A stretch of DNA of 64,000 nt, taken from the NCBI GenBank assembly GCA_963776545.1, contig CAVZND010000014.1, positions 13,740-77,739 of the forward strand. Direction: 5' to 3'. This document shows, piece by piece, positions 18,540 through 29,309 of the stretch (positions within the stretch are counted from its first letter, which is position 1; each line of letters opens with the position of its first letter). The notes below the pieces were generated by a model that searched no databases, was not told the DNA's origin, and saw only the letters and a program-made list of their open reading frames with translations. Source of the stretch: an uncultured Chloroflexia bacterium (lineage in GTDB: Bacteria; Chloroflexota; Limnocylindria; Limnocylindrales; CSP1-4). The position numbers were made by a program, and so were the translations under genes.

Positions 18540-21500
18540 TCACTTGCGGTCCTTCTTCGACGATCGCCGTTTCGTCGGCTCCCGCTTCGGTCCTGTCCGG
18601 GTCTTCGCCGACGGCACCGCGGCGCCGTTGCGCGACGCCCCGGCCAGCGAGGTCCTGAGCGCGTCGATCCGATAGCCGGCGGCCTTCGCGCTCGCCACGA
18701 GGCGGGCCGCGGCGTCCGGGCCGGCCGGCGGAGCGCGACGCTTCGGGGGCGCCTCGATCGCATCGAGCCTCCGCGCCCACTCGAGCTGAGCGGCGAACCG
18801 ATCACCGTCGAGCCACTCGATGCCTTCCCACGTGTTGACGCCGATGGCGGTCCGGACGACGTCGCTCGCCAGCCAGCGCTCGAGGAGCCGGGCATCCGCG
18901 GTCCGTGCCGGCCCACGGATGCCCGAAGGCCGAGGCAGGGTCAGCAGGACGCGGACCTGGTCGGCCACGGTCCAGGCCTCCCCCTCGTCGAGACCGGTCT
19001 CGCGCAGGCCCGCGGCCAACGCGCCGGACAGGCGGAGCTCGTCGTACCACGCCCGGCTGGTCGCGGCGACATCGCCGTCAACGGCCAGCTCCCCGGTCTG
19101 CGACAGCGCCAGCCACCCCAGGAGCGCGGCTCGATCCATCCGCGACGATGGGAGGTCCGCGCCCGTCATCGCCGGCGCGACGCGGCGTCGAACGGCGGCC
19201 GCCAAGACCGCCGGGTCTCCCGACACGCCGGTCGCCTGGCCGATCGCCGCCAGGAAGACGGCGAACCGCCGCTCAAGTTCGTCGAGCGCCTTCGGCGTGG
19301 CCGTGCCATCGAGGACGGCGCTCACGAGCCCGCTCGCGAAGATCGCCCGCAACGGCCTATGTACCGGTTCGAGCTGCAGCTCTCGGAGCGCATCCTCGAG
19401 CGAGGGCACCGGCCGCTCCCCGAGGCGTGTCGCCAGGTGCGCCCACTGGCCCGACATCCCGTCATGGATCTCGCGGAACTCCCAGAAGACATGCGTGGCG
19501 TAGGCATCGAGCGCCACGTAGAGGCCCCGATCGTGCAGGTCGTGGGCCGAGCGCAGCGACTCGAGGCCACTCCGGGCATCGCGAAACGCCACGAACACGG
19601 TCGGGTCGTCCGGGAGGCCCAATCCGTCCGCGAGCGAGCGTCGGACGATCCGCTTCCGGCCGCCGCCATCCTTGCGGGCGTACGGCGCCGATTCCCGGAT
19701 CCAGCCGCTGGTCGAGCCGTACCGGTCGTGGTAGACGACCAGGGACCGCTCGGGCCCGCTGCCGTTCGAGTAGGCGAAGACGTCCTCGTCGACCCGGCCG
19801 CTGTCGGTGACCAGGTCGTACAGCAGGAAGTCGTGCGCCTCGGCGAACCAGGCGCGACGGTGGAGCAGCGGGAAGATCTCGCGCTCGTGCCGTTCCACCA
19901 GCCACGGATCGGGGTGTTCGTCGAGCGTCGCGCGCTGGAACTCCATGCCGTACTTCTCGCTGAAGCCCTGGACCTGGCCATGACCGAGCATCGGGAGGCC
20001 GGGGAGCGTGGCGAGGACCGTGGCGACACCGAAGTACTTGTCGCCCTTGCCGAACTGCTCGAGCGCCGTCTTCTCGTCGGGATTGCTCATGAAGTTGACG
20101 TACCGCTTGAGGATCTCGGGGTCGAATTCGATGGTTTCCTTGATGACCCGTCGGTAGCCCTCGCCGTCCTCGTCGCGGAGCATGTGCATGAAGGCGCTGT
20201 TGTAGACCCGGTGCATGCCGAGGGTTCGGACGAAGTACCCCTCGAGCAGCCAGAACGCCTCGGCCAGCAGGAGGGTGTCCGGGACCTCGGCTGCCACGCG
20301 GTCGACCACGTCCCGCCAGAACTCGACGGGCATCCGCCTGGCGAACTCGCGCCTGGACATCGCGTGCTCGGCCCGCGACGGGATGCCGCCCGGTTGCCCT
20401 GGCTCCGGCCACCAGAGGCGCTCGATATGCTTCCTCGCAAGGACCATCGCGGCGTCGAAGCGGATGATCGGGAATCGTCGGGCGACCGCGAGGATCGTCG
20501 CGATGACCTGTTCGCGGACGGCGGGATCCAGGAAGTCGAGCTGGGCCGTGTCGTTCCAGGGGAAGCTCGTCCCGTCGTTGCCGTGGTAGACGTAGCGGGT
20601 CGCCCCGGTCCGCCGATCGAACCGCTTGAAGACGACGGCCGCGTCGCTGTCGTCCCAGTAGTGGTCCTCGAGGACGATGCCGACCCGATCGTCCGACGAG
20701 AGGTCCGGGCCGCCGAAGGTGTACGCGGGGTAGGGTGGCTCGTCGAGGGACAGGAACCACTCCGGGTGCTCGACGACCCAGTTCGAGTCGATGCCCATGT
20801 GGTTGGGCACCATGTCGCTCGCCAGGCGGATGCCACGCGCCCAGGCCCGGTCGCGGAGGGTCGCGTACGCCGCCTCGCCGCCGAGGTCGTCGGCGATCCG
20901 GTAGTCGTCGAGCGAGTAGGCGGACGCGACCGCGTCGACGTTGCCGCGCATGCGCTTGATCCGTTCCGACGCCTTGGAGCGTTCCCACAAGCCGATGAGC
21001 CAGAGCCCGGTGACGCCCCAGCGGGCGAGCATGTCGAGCTCCTCGTCGGGGATCGCGTCGAGCTTCCTGATCTGGCGGCCGTACGCCCGCGACAGCTGGT
21101 CGAGCCACACGTACGTGCTCTTCGCCATCAGGACGACGCGCGGCATCCACGCCGAGTCCGACGAGAACGCCTCCGGCTCGTCCGCACTGCCGAGCTTGGG
21201 CACCTCCCCGCGCGTCGTCCCACCGCCGCCGCCGAAGCGCAAGTGCAGCGCCGCCTCCTCCTCGGCGAGGATCCCGAGTGCCAGGTCCAGGCGGGCCAAC
21301 AGGGCGATGAGGGCGTCGCCCAGGATGCCGGCCCAACGTTCGCGGATGTAGCGCAGCTGGCCGGCCAGCGAGGTCGGGGAGTGGCGCGCCGGCGCACGGA
21401 GCAGCTCGAGGAGCGATTGGCCGTCGGGTCCGATCCGGGGGCCCTCGGCGAACGCGACCTCCAATCCGGCGATGGCATCGCGATAGCGCGTGGCCCGCTC

Positions 21501-21968
21501 CAGCGGCCGGTCGTCGACGAGCTCGCGCAGCGGTCCGAGCGCCGGGTTCTCGTTGGCCACCCGGACCAGGATGAGTTCCTCGAGGCGCGTCGCGCGCGGC
21601 TCCGGGCGGGCGGTCCGACCGGGGAACTCGGCGGCGAAGCGGTCCAGCAGGTGCTTCGTGTCGTTCCGCCCGATGCGCGCCTCGAGCCCGGCTAGGGCGC
21701 CGTCGATGGCCCGGGGCCGGCGGTCCTCGTCGTAGCGGGCGATCACGAGGTGGCCGATCTCGTGGATGAGGCCCATCGCCCCGATGTCGCCGGCAGAGAC
21801 CGCCGGCACGCCGTCCGGGCGGAGGTCGTTCATCCGGTTGGCAAGCCGTCGAACGGCCATGAGGTCGGTGGTGACGAGGTCCCCGGTCGAGCCGATCAGG
21901 CTTCGGTCGACGCCATACCGCTTGCGGGCCCGGCGCTGGACGTGGAACTCACGCATCGACCGAAGCAT
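18540..21968 (-). CDS. large alpha-amylase family (GH13) protein
   Basis: 1142 aa. Central GH13 catalytic barrel motifs (DMVPNH, GIRFDAA, EAFW, FMSNPD). Confidence 0.8.
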   Translation of the reverse strand: MLRSMREFHVQRRARKRYGVDRSLIGSTGDLVTTDLMAVRRLANRMNDLRPDGVPAVSAGDIGAMGLIHEIGHLVIARYDEDRRPRAIDGALAGLEARIGRNDTKHLLDRFAAEFPGRTARPEPRATRLEELILVRVANENPALGPLRELVDDRPLERATRYRDAIAGLEVAFAEGPRIGPDGQSLLELLRAPARHSPTSLAGQLRYIRERWAGILGDALIALLARLDLALGILAEEEAALHLRFGGGGGTTRGEVPKLGSADEPEAFSSDSAWMPRVVLMAKSTYVWLDQLSRAYGRQIRKLDAIPDEELDMLARWGVTGLWLIGLWERSKASERIKRMRGNVDAVASAYSLDDYRIADDLGGEAAYATLRDRAWARGIRLASDMVPNHMGIDSNWVVEHPEWFLSLDEPPYPAYTFGGPDLSSDDRVGIVLEDHYWDDSDAAVVFKRFDRRTGATRYVYHGNDGTSFPWNDTAQLDFLDPAVREQVIATILAVARRFPIIRFDAAMVLARKHIERLWWPEPGQPGGIPSRAEHAMSRREFARRMPVEFWRDVVDRVAAEVPDTLLLAEAFWLLEGYFVRTLGMHRVYNSAFMHMLRDEDGEGYRRVIKETIEFDPEILKRYVNFMSNPDEKTALEQFGKGDKYFGVATVLATLPGLPMLGHGQVQGFSEKYGMEFQRATLDEHPDPWLVERHEREIFPLLHRRAWFAEAHDFLLYDLVTDSGRVDEDVFAYSNGSGPERSLVVYHDRYGSTSGWIRESAPYARKDGGGRKRIVRRSLADGLGLPDDPTVFVAFRDARSGLESLRSAHDLHDRGLYVALDAYATHVFWEFREIHDGMSGQWAHLATRLGERPVPSLEDALRELQLEPVHRPLRAIFASGLVSAVLDGTATPKALDELERRFAVFLAAIGQATGVSGDPAVLAAAVRRRVAPAMTGADLPSSRMDRAALLGWLALSQTGELAVDGDVAATSRAWYDELRLSGALAAGLRETGLDEGEAWTVADQVRVLLTLPRPSGIRGPARTADARLLERWLASDVVRTAIGVNTWEGIEWLDGDRFAAQLEWARRLDAIEAPPKRRAPPAGPDAAARLVASAKAAGYRIDALRTSLAGASRNGAAVPSAKTRTGPKREPTKRRSSKKDRK

Positions 21969-22019
21969 GGCATGGCCGATGGGCGCTCACGCGCACGTCA
22001 CGCCGCCCCCCGGGATGCG

Positions 22020-23042
22020 TCAGACGCGAGCGGCGTCCGCGTGGCGGGTCGACGCGACGTGTTCGATGGACCGGCGGAGGAGTTCCAGGCCCGACGGATC
22101 GAACTCGTAGGTCCACGAGCGGATGCGTTCGGGGCGAGAGAACCGTTCGGCCAGGCCCGCCGCCTGCGCCTCACGCGACAGGAGGATGAGATCCGCCGTG
22201 CGGTCGATGAGGGCCACCTGTTCGTCGCTCTCGATGAGCGCGGAGACGATCTCGACCCCGGTCGTCCCCGACAGGGACAATGTCTCGAGGATGTTGTCCG
22301 TGCCACGCTCGGACGCGCATACCAGGCCGACTCGCGAGCCCCGCGGCAGGCCGGCGATCTCGTGGACCATCTCGAGGTAGCCGGGGCCGACCAGCATCGC
22401 CACGACCGGGAGTCGGCCCGCGACCAGCGCCTGGGCCTCGTCGGCGTGGAATGTCGTCGTCGCCACCAGGTCGTAGTGGAACCGGTCGAGGCGCTCCGGC
22501 AGGTCGTCGAGCAAGGCGCCCTCTGCCTCGATCATGCCGGGGAAGGCATCGACCAGGCGCTCGGCGTCGTACCCCGCGTCGGCGTTCGTGCATTCCGTGA
22601 ACAGGACGTGCACGAGCGAACCGGGACGCTTGCGCTCAGTGGCGGCCGCGAACGTCGCGCTCGCGAGTTCGTCGGCCGTGAAACCGGCGTGGGCTGCACG
22701 ACGAAGCATCTCTGAGACGATGCCCGCCAGGGCCTCGGCGCCTCGACGCTGCGGTGGGCGATCGGCCACGTGCGTCCCGGCGCCGTGACGGCTCGAGACG
22801 TAACCCGCGTCCGACAGGCGGCGATAGACCGCCCGGATGGTGTTCGGATTGACTCGGAGGGCCGCTCCGAGCTCGCGGACCGGCGGGAGTCGTGATCCGG
22901 GCAGCAGTCGACCGGAGTCGATCTGGTAGGCGAGTTGCCAGAAGATCTGGGTCGAGATCGGGACGTCCGAATCGCGCTCGACGTCGAGCGAGCCGGCGTC
23001 GGCGCCGGTCACCGATCCAGGAACGAAATCGTCAGTTGACAT
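22020..23042 (-). CDS. GntR family transcriptional regulator with C-terminal effector domain
   Basis: HTH_GntR (LPPVRELGAALRVNPNTIRAVYRRL); 340 aa. Confidence 0.8.
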   Translation of the reverse strand: MSTDDFVPGSVTGADAGSLDVERDSDVPISTQIFWQLAYQIDSGRLLPGSRLPPVRELGAALRVNPNTIRAVYRRLSDAGYVSSRHGAGTHVADRPPQRRGAEALAGIVSEMLRRAAHAGFTADELASATFAAATERKRPGSLVHVLFTECTNADAGYDAERLVDAFPGMIEAEGALLDDLPERLDRFHYDLVATTTFHADEAQALVAGRLPVVAMLVGPGYLEMVHEIAGLPRGSRVGLVCASERGTDNILETLSLSGTTGVEIVSALIESDEQVALIDRTADLILLSREAQAAGLAERFSRPERIRSWTYEFDPSGLELLRRSIEHVASTRHADAARV

Positions 23043-23108
23043 AGTCCATTAGTCCAAGTAGTGTTCGTTTTGGCCTAGTCCACTATAACAAGTCAAGGAA
23101 GGTGCCTG

Positions 23109-23243
23109 ATGGAAGGGATGTTCTTCGTCTTCCTGACGGCCGTGATCACGGTCGTTGGTTTGGCCGCACAAGGTTGGGGCGTCGACAGCCGCGAATGGTC
23201 CGATGACCCGCGTCGGTCGGAGTACCCCGTCTCGATCCGGTAG
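23109..23243 (+). CDS. small hydrophobic protein (44 aa), not in ORF track
   Basis: AAGGAAGG RBS 7 nt upstream. MEGMFFVFLTAVITVVGLAAQGW…, one TM helix. Divergent from the GntR gene. Confidence 0.35.
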   Translation: MEGMFFVFLTAVITVVGLAAQGWGVDSREWSDDPRRSEYPVSIR

Positions 23244-23306
23244 ATCGACTCACTCGTCCGTTTCTCACGTCAGCCCGTGGCGCGCAGGCCGCGGGCTGAC
23301 GGATTC

Positions 23307-23534
23307 TCAGGGCAGGAACGGCGGGATCCCGTGGCGCGACGACTCGACCGCGTCGAGCGCGGCAGACCGGTGACGGGCCTCGGCCGCCTGGAGCTCCGAC
23401 AGTCGGGTGGCTGCGTCGAGCTCGTCCTTGTGGCGCTGCTGCCGGTCGTCGTCCAGGCGACGTTGCCGTCGGGTCATGACGATCACGCCGACGATGATCG
23501 GGGCGACGATCAGGAGCCCGGGCAGGAGGTCCAT
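23307..23534 (-). CDS. small membrane protein (75 aa)
   Basis: N-terminal TM helix followed by a charged tail. Confidence 0.35.
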   Translation of the reverse strand: MDLLPGLLIVAPIIVGVIVMTRRQRRLDDDRQQRHKDELDAATRLSELQAAEARHRSAALDAVESSRHGIPPFLP

Positions 23535-23572
23535 GACCTGACGCTAGCACGTCCGGCAACGCGTCATGGTCG

Positions 23573-24910
23573 TCAGGCGGCGGCGCGCTCCCGGACCTCG
23601 CGGAGATCCTCCGACAGCCGATCCGCGAGGCGGGAACCGGACAGGTCGTCGACGAGCCGCGCGGCGTGTTCCGCGGCCCGGATGACGAGGCCCGTCTCCG
23701 GCCGGTCCGGCGACTCCCAGAACCAGCCGCAGCTGGCGAACATCGCCAAGCGCCAGCGCTGGGCGGCCATCGTCCCGAGGAATCGGCGCCTCGAGTCCTC
23801 GCCGGAGCCCGAGCCGAGCCATCTCGCGGCGAACGCGGCCTCATCGACCGCCCCGATGACGACGTCGACATAGTCGTCGCGGGCGGCCCACGGGTCGGGC
23901 GAGCCGGGCACGGTCCGGGCGATCAGCTCGGTCTCGGTATCGATCGCTTCGGCCAGGCGCTCCAGCGCGGCGCGCAGCGGCGCCTTCCACGCCCCATCCC
24001 CCACACAGTCGCACGCCTCCCGCCAGCGGGCGACGCCGTGGTGGCAACTCCACGAGGTGCCCTCGACGAGATCGGCGAGCGGGAACGGACGGCCATCGTC
24101 CCGGACCACGTCCGCGAGGGTCGCCACCTCGTAGCCGAGGTCGGTGTCACCCACCAGACGAGCCAGGAACATGTCGCGATGTGGCTGGTGGTGGCCGTAC
24201 AGCTCGCCATCGGTCGCGATGAGGGCGAACCGCGGCGCGCCGTCCTCGTCCGAGGCCGAGCCAAGGACCGGTCCGATCCGCTCGTACGCGAATCGGTCGG
24301 CGTTCTCGGTGGCGTAGGTCTCGAACGAGACAGAGGTCGAGAGGCCCCCGTCATACGCGGCGACGACGATGGACCGCCCGTCGCCGAGCTCGACCCGGTA
24401 CGCGCGACGCGTGTCGAACTCCGGTGCGGTCAACTGCCACGGTGCCAGGATCGTGTGGGTCGCGCCCTCCTCGACGAGCAGGCGCAGCGTCTCGCTGTCG
24501 GCGGCGGTCTCCGGCAGCCACACACCGGACGGGCGACGTCCGAACCGGAACTCGAAGTCGCGCAGGCCCCAACGGATCTCGGTCCGGCGCTCCGAGGCCG
24601 ACGCGAGCGGGAGGATCGTGTGGTGGAAGGGCTGGGCGAGGCCATTGACGCCCTCGTCGCCGGTGACGAATCCACGGTAGGCGACCGGGTCGCCGTCGAC
24701 GAGCCAGCTGGCGAGGGTCGGCCCGAGGTCCCAGGAGACGCGGCCGTAGTTGCCGAGCTCGGCATTGGGTCGGTAGCAGTCGGCGGCGATCCGGGTGTTC
24801 CAATCACGAGCCGGGGCGGCCGTCGGTTCGACCGGCACGAGGCCGGTGGCCGGATCGATCCGCGACGGCTGGTAGAAGTGCCCGTGGACGACGAGGCGGG
24901 GCCGGCTCAT
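23573..24910 (-). CDS. glycoside hydrolase family 57 protein (DUF3536-type)
   Basis: Starts MSRPRLVVHGHFYQPSR (GH57 N-terminal motif). Its ATG overlaps the upstream gene's stop (ATGA). Confidence 0.8.
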   Translation of the reverse strand: MSRPRLVVHGHFYQPSRIDPATGLVPVEPTAAPARDWNTRIAADCYRPNAELGNYGRVSWDLGPTLASWLVDGDPVAYRGFVTGDEGVNGLAQPFHHTILPLASASERRTEIRWGLRDFEFRFGRRPSGVWLPETAADSETLRLLVEEGATHTILAPWQLTAPEFDTRRAYRVELGDGRSIVVAAYDGGLSTSVSFETYATENADRFAYERIGPVLGSASDEDGAPRFALIATDGELYGHHQPHRDMFLARLVGDTDLGYEVATLADVVRDDGRPFPLADLVEGTSWSCHHGVARWREACDCVGDGAWKAPLRAALERLAEAIDTETELIARTVPGSPDPWAARDDYVDVVIGAVDEAAFAARWLGSGSGEDSRRRFLGTMAAQRWRLAMFASCGWFWESPDRPETGLVIRAAEHAARLVDDLSGSRLADRLSEDLREVRERAAA

Positions 24911-27054
24911 GCCTCGAGCGCCCGATCCCGGTCCGTCGTGACCGTGTTGGCGACGACGACCGACCATCGATCGCCGGGTCCCAGCGCGATGGGCCACGAC
25001 AGGAGCCAGCCGCTCCCCTGGTAGACGCGTTCGAAGCCCTGCTCGGAGTTCGAGATCGTCTCGACCGGGGCCCACCAGGCATCGGCCGGAGTCGAGACCG
25101 TCGTCGCGATCGCGAGCCCGATGTAGTCGTTGCCTTGGGCGAACCGCTCGACGCCATTGGCCTGGCCGCTCCCGTCGTGCGGGGAGCGCTCGCCGTCGAA
25201 TTCCCACCACGCCGCGGGGTTGTGGCCGCCGCCGAGCATCGTCGTCGTCCATTCGATGCCGAGTCGGGCGTCGATCCGCGCCGCGCCGAGGTGCTCGAGG
25301 TCGAGCGTCAGTTCCAGCGTCGGATCACGCCGATCGCCGGCGAGGCGGAGGCGCTTCGTCACGCGGACCCCGGCGCTCACGTCCCCGGTGGCCACCGTCG
25401 TGTCGCGCCGGGCGGTAAGGGATCCGACAGCCAGTTCGACCGCCTCGAACGATCCGTCGATCGCGTCACCGAGCTCCGGGGCCGCGGCACTCGCCCAGGC
25501 CGCCGGCGTCGCGTCGGGGGCCAGGAACCGGACCAGGCCGCTCCGCCGCTCGTAGCCGTCGTAGACGAGCCGATCGGCCAGCCCGGCCTCCTTCACCCAG
25601 ACCGCCTCGTGGATGGAGGTCGCCCCGCCCTCGTGGCGCGTCTCGCCGGCGTCCCGGTCGTCGTGCTGCCGCAGCACGTCGTGATACGCCTCCGGCCGAC
25701 GACGCATCACCGCCGCGACCGCATGGCATACCGGCCGGATGTCCCAGGAGCCGATGCCGGCGCCCTCGTCGAGATCGACGGTCACGACCTGTCCGGGCGT
25801 CGCGAGCCGGATTTCGTCGACGCCGTCCATGTCGAGGTCGAGCCGCTCGGCGGCCCGGAGTGAGCCGAGAGCCGTATCGGCCAGGTCCTCGGCGGCGATC
25901 AGGTGCTCGTAGGTCGCGAGGCGCATGTGGCTGATGTAGATGCCCCCGAACATGCCGTGCCAGTAGCAGTCGTTCGACTGGCCCTGGTAGAGGTGATCGA
26001 GCGCGCGGTCGCGCGCAGCCCCTGGCGGCATCGCCTCGACCTTCTCGGAGGTCCGGAGCATCTGCTTGTGCAGGTCGTTGATCTCGCGGTACTTGACCTG
26101 GAAGTTGCGCCAGAACGCCCCGCGCAGCCAGCGCGCCTCGGGCCGGCCGGCCGCCTGCGCCGCATGCAGCGACTCGGCGAAGACGCGGCTCTCGTTCGGG
26201 GGCAGCGCCCATTCGCCCATCTCGACATAGGACCCGGTCGGCACGTACACGCGGCCGGCCGGCGGGTGGGCCGCCAGCCATGCGGAGGGGGTCACCATCG
26301 CAAGCCAGTCCGCGTTCGCCTCGAACGCCTTGAAGAGCCGTTCGACGTACCGCCCCTTGCCCCAGCAGTGTTCCCACGTCGTGGGCCAGGCCCCGAACTT
26401 CTCGCCGTCGTCGCCCATCATCCCGACCCGCGAGCCGTCCTCGGTCGCGTGGCCGCGGAGGTAGTCGACGACGTCGTCGACCTCGCGGAACGGGATGCGG
26501 TACCGGAGGCCCTGTTCGGTGCCGAAGACGCGCAGGAGGCGGCCCTGGTCCTCGGTCGTGTACGGCCCCCACATCGCTTCCTCGGCGATGGTCGCGGCGC
26601 GGAAGTGTGCATCGTCGAGGATCGTCCAGTCGTACCCGCCGGCGACCAGCGATGTCGGCAGGTCCGGTTCCCAGACCCGTTCGGCGAGCCAGGCGCCCGT
26701 CGGCCGGCGCCCGAACAGCGTCTCCAACTCGTCACCCATGCGCCGCAACTGGCCGATCCGGTCACGCTCGGGGAGGGAGGCGAGCACCGGCTCGTAGAAG
26801 CCGCCGCCCATGATCTCGACCTGGTCGCGCGCGACGAGCGCGCGCAGGCGATCGAGGAACTCGGGGCGCTCGGCCTGGAACCAGTGCAGCAGCGGGCCGG
26901 TGTAGTGCAGCGCGATCCGGACACCCGGATGGCGCTCCAGCGCCGCCACCATCGGTTCGTATGCGACCTCGTGGACCTCGGCGAACACCCACCCGAAGTT
27001 GCCGACTGGCTGGTGGTTATGGATCGCGAGCGCGAGCGCGATGCGATCGGTCAC
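24907..27054 (-). CDS. GH57 alpha-amylase/4-alpha-glucanotransferase-like protein with DUF1925/DUF1926 C-terminal domains
   Basis: IALALAIHNHQPVGNF motif. GTG at 27054, 5 nt after the glgP stop. Confidence 0.8.
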   Translation of the reverse strand: MTDRIALALAIHNHQPVGNFGWVFAEVHEVAYEPMVAALERHPGVRIALHYTGPLLHWFQAERPEFLDRLRALVARDQVEIMGGGFYEPVLASLPERDRIGQLRRMGDELETLFGRRPTGAWLAERVWEPDLPTSLVAGGYDWTILDDAHFRAATIAEEAMWGPYTTEDQGRLLRVFGTEQGLRYRIPFREVDDVVDYLRGHATEDGSRVGMMGDDGEKFGAWPTTWEHCWGKGRYVERLFKAFEANADWLAMVTPSAWLAAHPPAGRVYVPTGSYVEMGEWALPPNESRVFAESLHAAQAAGRPEARWLRGAFWRNFQVKYREINDLHKQMLRTSEKVEAMPPGAARDRALDHLYQGQSNDCYWHGMFGGIYISHMRLATYEHLIAAEDLADTALGSLRAAERLDLDMDGVDEIRLATPGQVVTVDLDEGAGIGSWDIRPVCHAVAAVMRRRPEAYHDVLRQHDDRDAGETRHEGGATSIHEAVWVKEAGLADRLVYDGYERRSGLVRFLAPDATPAAWASAAAPELGDAIDGSFEAVELAVGSLTARRDTTVATGDVSAGVRVTKRLRLAGDRRDPTLELTLDLEHLGAARIDARLGIEWTTTMLGGGHNPAAWWEFDGERSPHDGSGQANGVERFAQGNDYIGLAIATTVSTPADAWWAPVETISNSEQGFERVYQGSGWLLSWPIALGPGDRWSVVVANTVTTDRDRALEA

Positions 27055-27061
27055 GGGCGCT

Positions 27062-29242
27062 TCAGCCGGCCTCGGTGATGACCGGCGCCAGGACCGGCTC
27101 CTGGACCTCGACGCCCGCGGCCGGGAGGTAGAGCCGCTCGGTGTACTCGTGCAGCATGCGGGTCGTGGAGAAGCGCCACAGGGCGGTGGCCATGGCCCGA
27201 CGCATGACCCCGAGCCAGGCGGCGGGCACGCCGGACGCATCGCGGTCGTAGTAGGTCGGGACGATCTCCTCCTCGAGGATCCGGTACAGGTCCTGGGCGT
27301 CGGCATGATCCTGGGCGGCCTCGTCGGGGTTCGTCTCGCGCCCGCCGATGGCCCAGCCGTTGTCCCCCGTATAGCCCTCGTCCCACCAGCCGTCGAGGAC
27401 GCTCACGTTGGGCACGCCGTTCTGTGCGGCCTTCATGCCCGACGTGCCCGACGCCTCGAGTGGCCGGCGCGGGTTGTTGAGCCACACGTCGGTGCCCTGC
27501 ACGAGGAAGCGGGCCACGCGCATGTCGTAGTCCTCGAGGATGAAGACCCGACCGCGGAGCCCGGGCGAGCGTGAGAGCTGGAAGATCTCCTGGATGACCT
27601 TCTGGCCGGGCCGGTCCGCCGGGTGAGCCTTGCCGGCGAACACGATCTGGATCGGCCGCTGCTCGTCGCGCAACATCCGCTCGAGTCGGCCGAGGTCCGT
27701 GAACAGGAGACCCGAGCGCTTGTACGTCGCGAAGCGGCGCGCGAACCCGATCGTGAGGATCGATGGGTCCAGCGCGGTTTCGAGCTCGGCCAGGACCGAG
27801 GGCGCCTCGCCGTGGCGGCCGAACTGGCTGCGCAGCCGGCCCTGCGCGAAATGCGCGAGTTCGCGCTTCTGGCGCAGGTGCGCCTCCCACAGGTCACGCG
27901 CCGGGATGCGCTCGATGCGTTCCCAGAACCGGCCCTGCCGGGTGCCCGCGTCAAGGTCGTCGAGGTCGGCGTCGAGGTAGCGCGCCAGCAGGTCGCCGAT
28001 CGGTGCCCCCACCCAGCTCGGGCCGTGGACGCCGTTCGTGATGCCGAGGATGTCGTGGTCGGTGACGCCCTGCCATGTCGCGTTCGCGGTGAGCGCGTGG
28101 AGCTGGCTGACCGCGTTGGCGCCGTTGGTCAGGCGCAGCGAGAACGCGGTCATGTCGAACTGGCCGTGGTCGCCATCCATCCCCACCCCGAGGTCGAGGA
28201 CCTGTGCGATCGGGACGCCGCCCCGGTCGAGCAATGGACCCGCGACGCGCAACACGAGGTCGGCGTCGAAGCGCTCGTTGCCCGCGGACACGGGCGTATG
28301 GATCGTGAACACGCTGTCGCGCCGGACCGCCTTCCATGCGTCGTCCAGCTTCGCCCCGGCCGCGACGTGCTCGCTGGCCCGCTCGGCGAGCAGGAACGCC
28401 GAGTGCCCCTCGTTGAGGTGCCAGACGGCGGGGGCCAGGCCGAGGGCCCGGATCGCCCGCACGCCTCCCACCCCCAGCACGAGCTCCTGGTGCAGCCGCA
28501 TCTCGCGGCCGCGGACGTACAGCATGTGCGTGATGGGCCGGTCCTGTTCCGGGTTCTCCGGCAGGTCCGTGTCGAGGAGCAGGACCGGCACGCGCCCGAC
28601 CTCGGCGAGCCAGACCCCCACCGCCAGGTCGCGATCGGGTAGTTCGACCGTGACCGTGAGCGGCAGACCGTTCTCGTCCTGGACGCGGCTGATCGGCAAC
28701 TGCGACAGGTCGTAGTCGGGGTAGGCGTGCTCCTGGTGGCCGTCCGCGTCGATCGTCTGGCGGAAGTAGCCCTTGCGGTACAGGAGCCCGACGCCCAGCG
28801 CCGGGAGCGCCATGTCGCTGGCCGACTTCATGTGGTCGCCGGCGAGCACGCCGAGGCCGCCCGAGTAGATCCCGAGGGACTCGTGGAAGCCGTACTCCGC
28901 GCAGAAGTAGGCGATGGGGCCGGCGAGGGCGTCCGCGTACTTGCGCTGGAACCAGTGGTCGGACCCGTTGGCCATGTACTGGTCGAATTCGGCGAGGACG
29001 TCCTGGTACTCGGCCAGGAACTTGGCGTCGTCGAGGAGGCGGGGCCACTCGGTCGATCCACTGATGACCAGGATCGGGTTCCGATACCGGGTCCAGGCGG
29101 TGCGATCGATGAGGCTCCACAGACCGCGCGTCCGGGGGTGCCACGCCCAGTACAGGTTGTACGCGAGGCGCCGCAGCCCCTCGAGCCTCGGCGGAAGCGG
29201 GAACGTCGCCGCCGGGATCGCCGGGACGCGGACGGGGTCCAT
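27062..29242 (-). CDS. glgP: alpha-glucan (glycogen/maltodextrin) phosphorylase, GT35, DUF3417-type
   Basis: PLP-site region TSGMKAAQNG and EASGTSGMK; ATG at 29242. Confidence 0.88.
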   Translation of the reverse strand: MDPVRVPAIPAATFPLPPRLEGLRRLAYNLYWAWHPRTRGLWSLIDRTAWTRYRNPILVISGSTEWPRLLDDAKFLAEYQDVLAEFDQYMANGSDHWFQRKYADALAGPIAYFCAEYGFHESLGIYSGGLGVLAGDHMKSASDMALPALGVGLLYRKGYFRQTIDADGHQEHAYPDYDLSQLPISRVQDENGLPLTVTVELPDRDLAVGVWLAEVGRVPVLLLDTDLPENPEQDRPITHMLYVRGREMRLHQELVLGVGGVRAIRALGLAPAVWHLNEGHSAFLLAERASEHVAAGAKLDDAWKAVRRDSVFTIHTPVSAGNERFDADLVLRVAGPLLDRGGVPIAQVLDLGVGMDGDHGQFDMTAFSLRLTNGANAVSQLHALTANATWQGVTDHDILGITNGVHGPSWVGAPIGDLLARYLDADLDDLDAGTRQGRFWERIERIPARDLWEAHLRQKRELAHFAQGRLRSQFGRHGEAPSVLAELETALDPSILTIGFARRFATYKRSGLLFTDLGRLERMLRDEQRPIQIVFAGKAHPADRPGQKVIQEIFQLSRSPGLRGRVFILEDYDMRVARFLVQGTDVWLNNPRRPLEASGTSGMKAAQNGVPNVSVLDGWWDEGYTGDNGWAIGGRETNPDEAAQDHADAQDLYRILEEEIVPTYYDRDASGVPAAWLGVMRRAMATALWRFSTTRMLHEYTERLYLPAAGVEVQEPVLAPVITEAG

Positions 29243-29309
29243 GGGCGGGGATGATACCGGGTCGGGATGGACGGACGAACGGGCGCTCCGGGCGACTAGG
29301 ATGCCGGGC

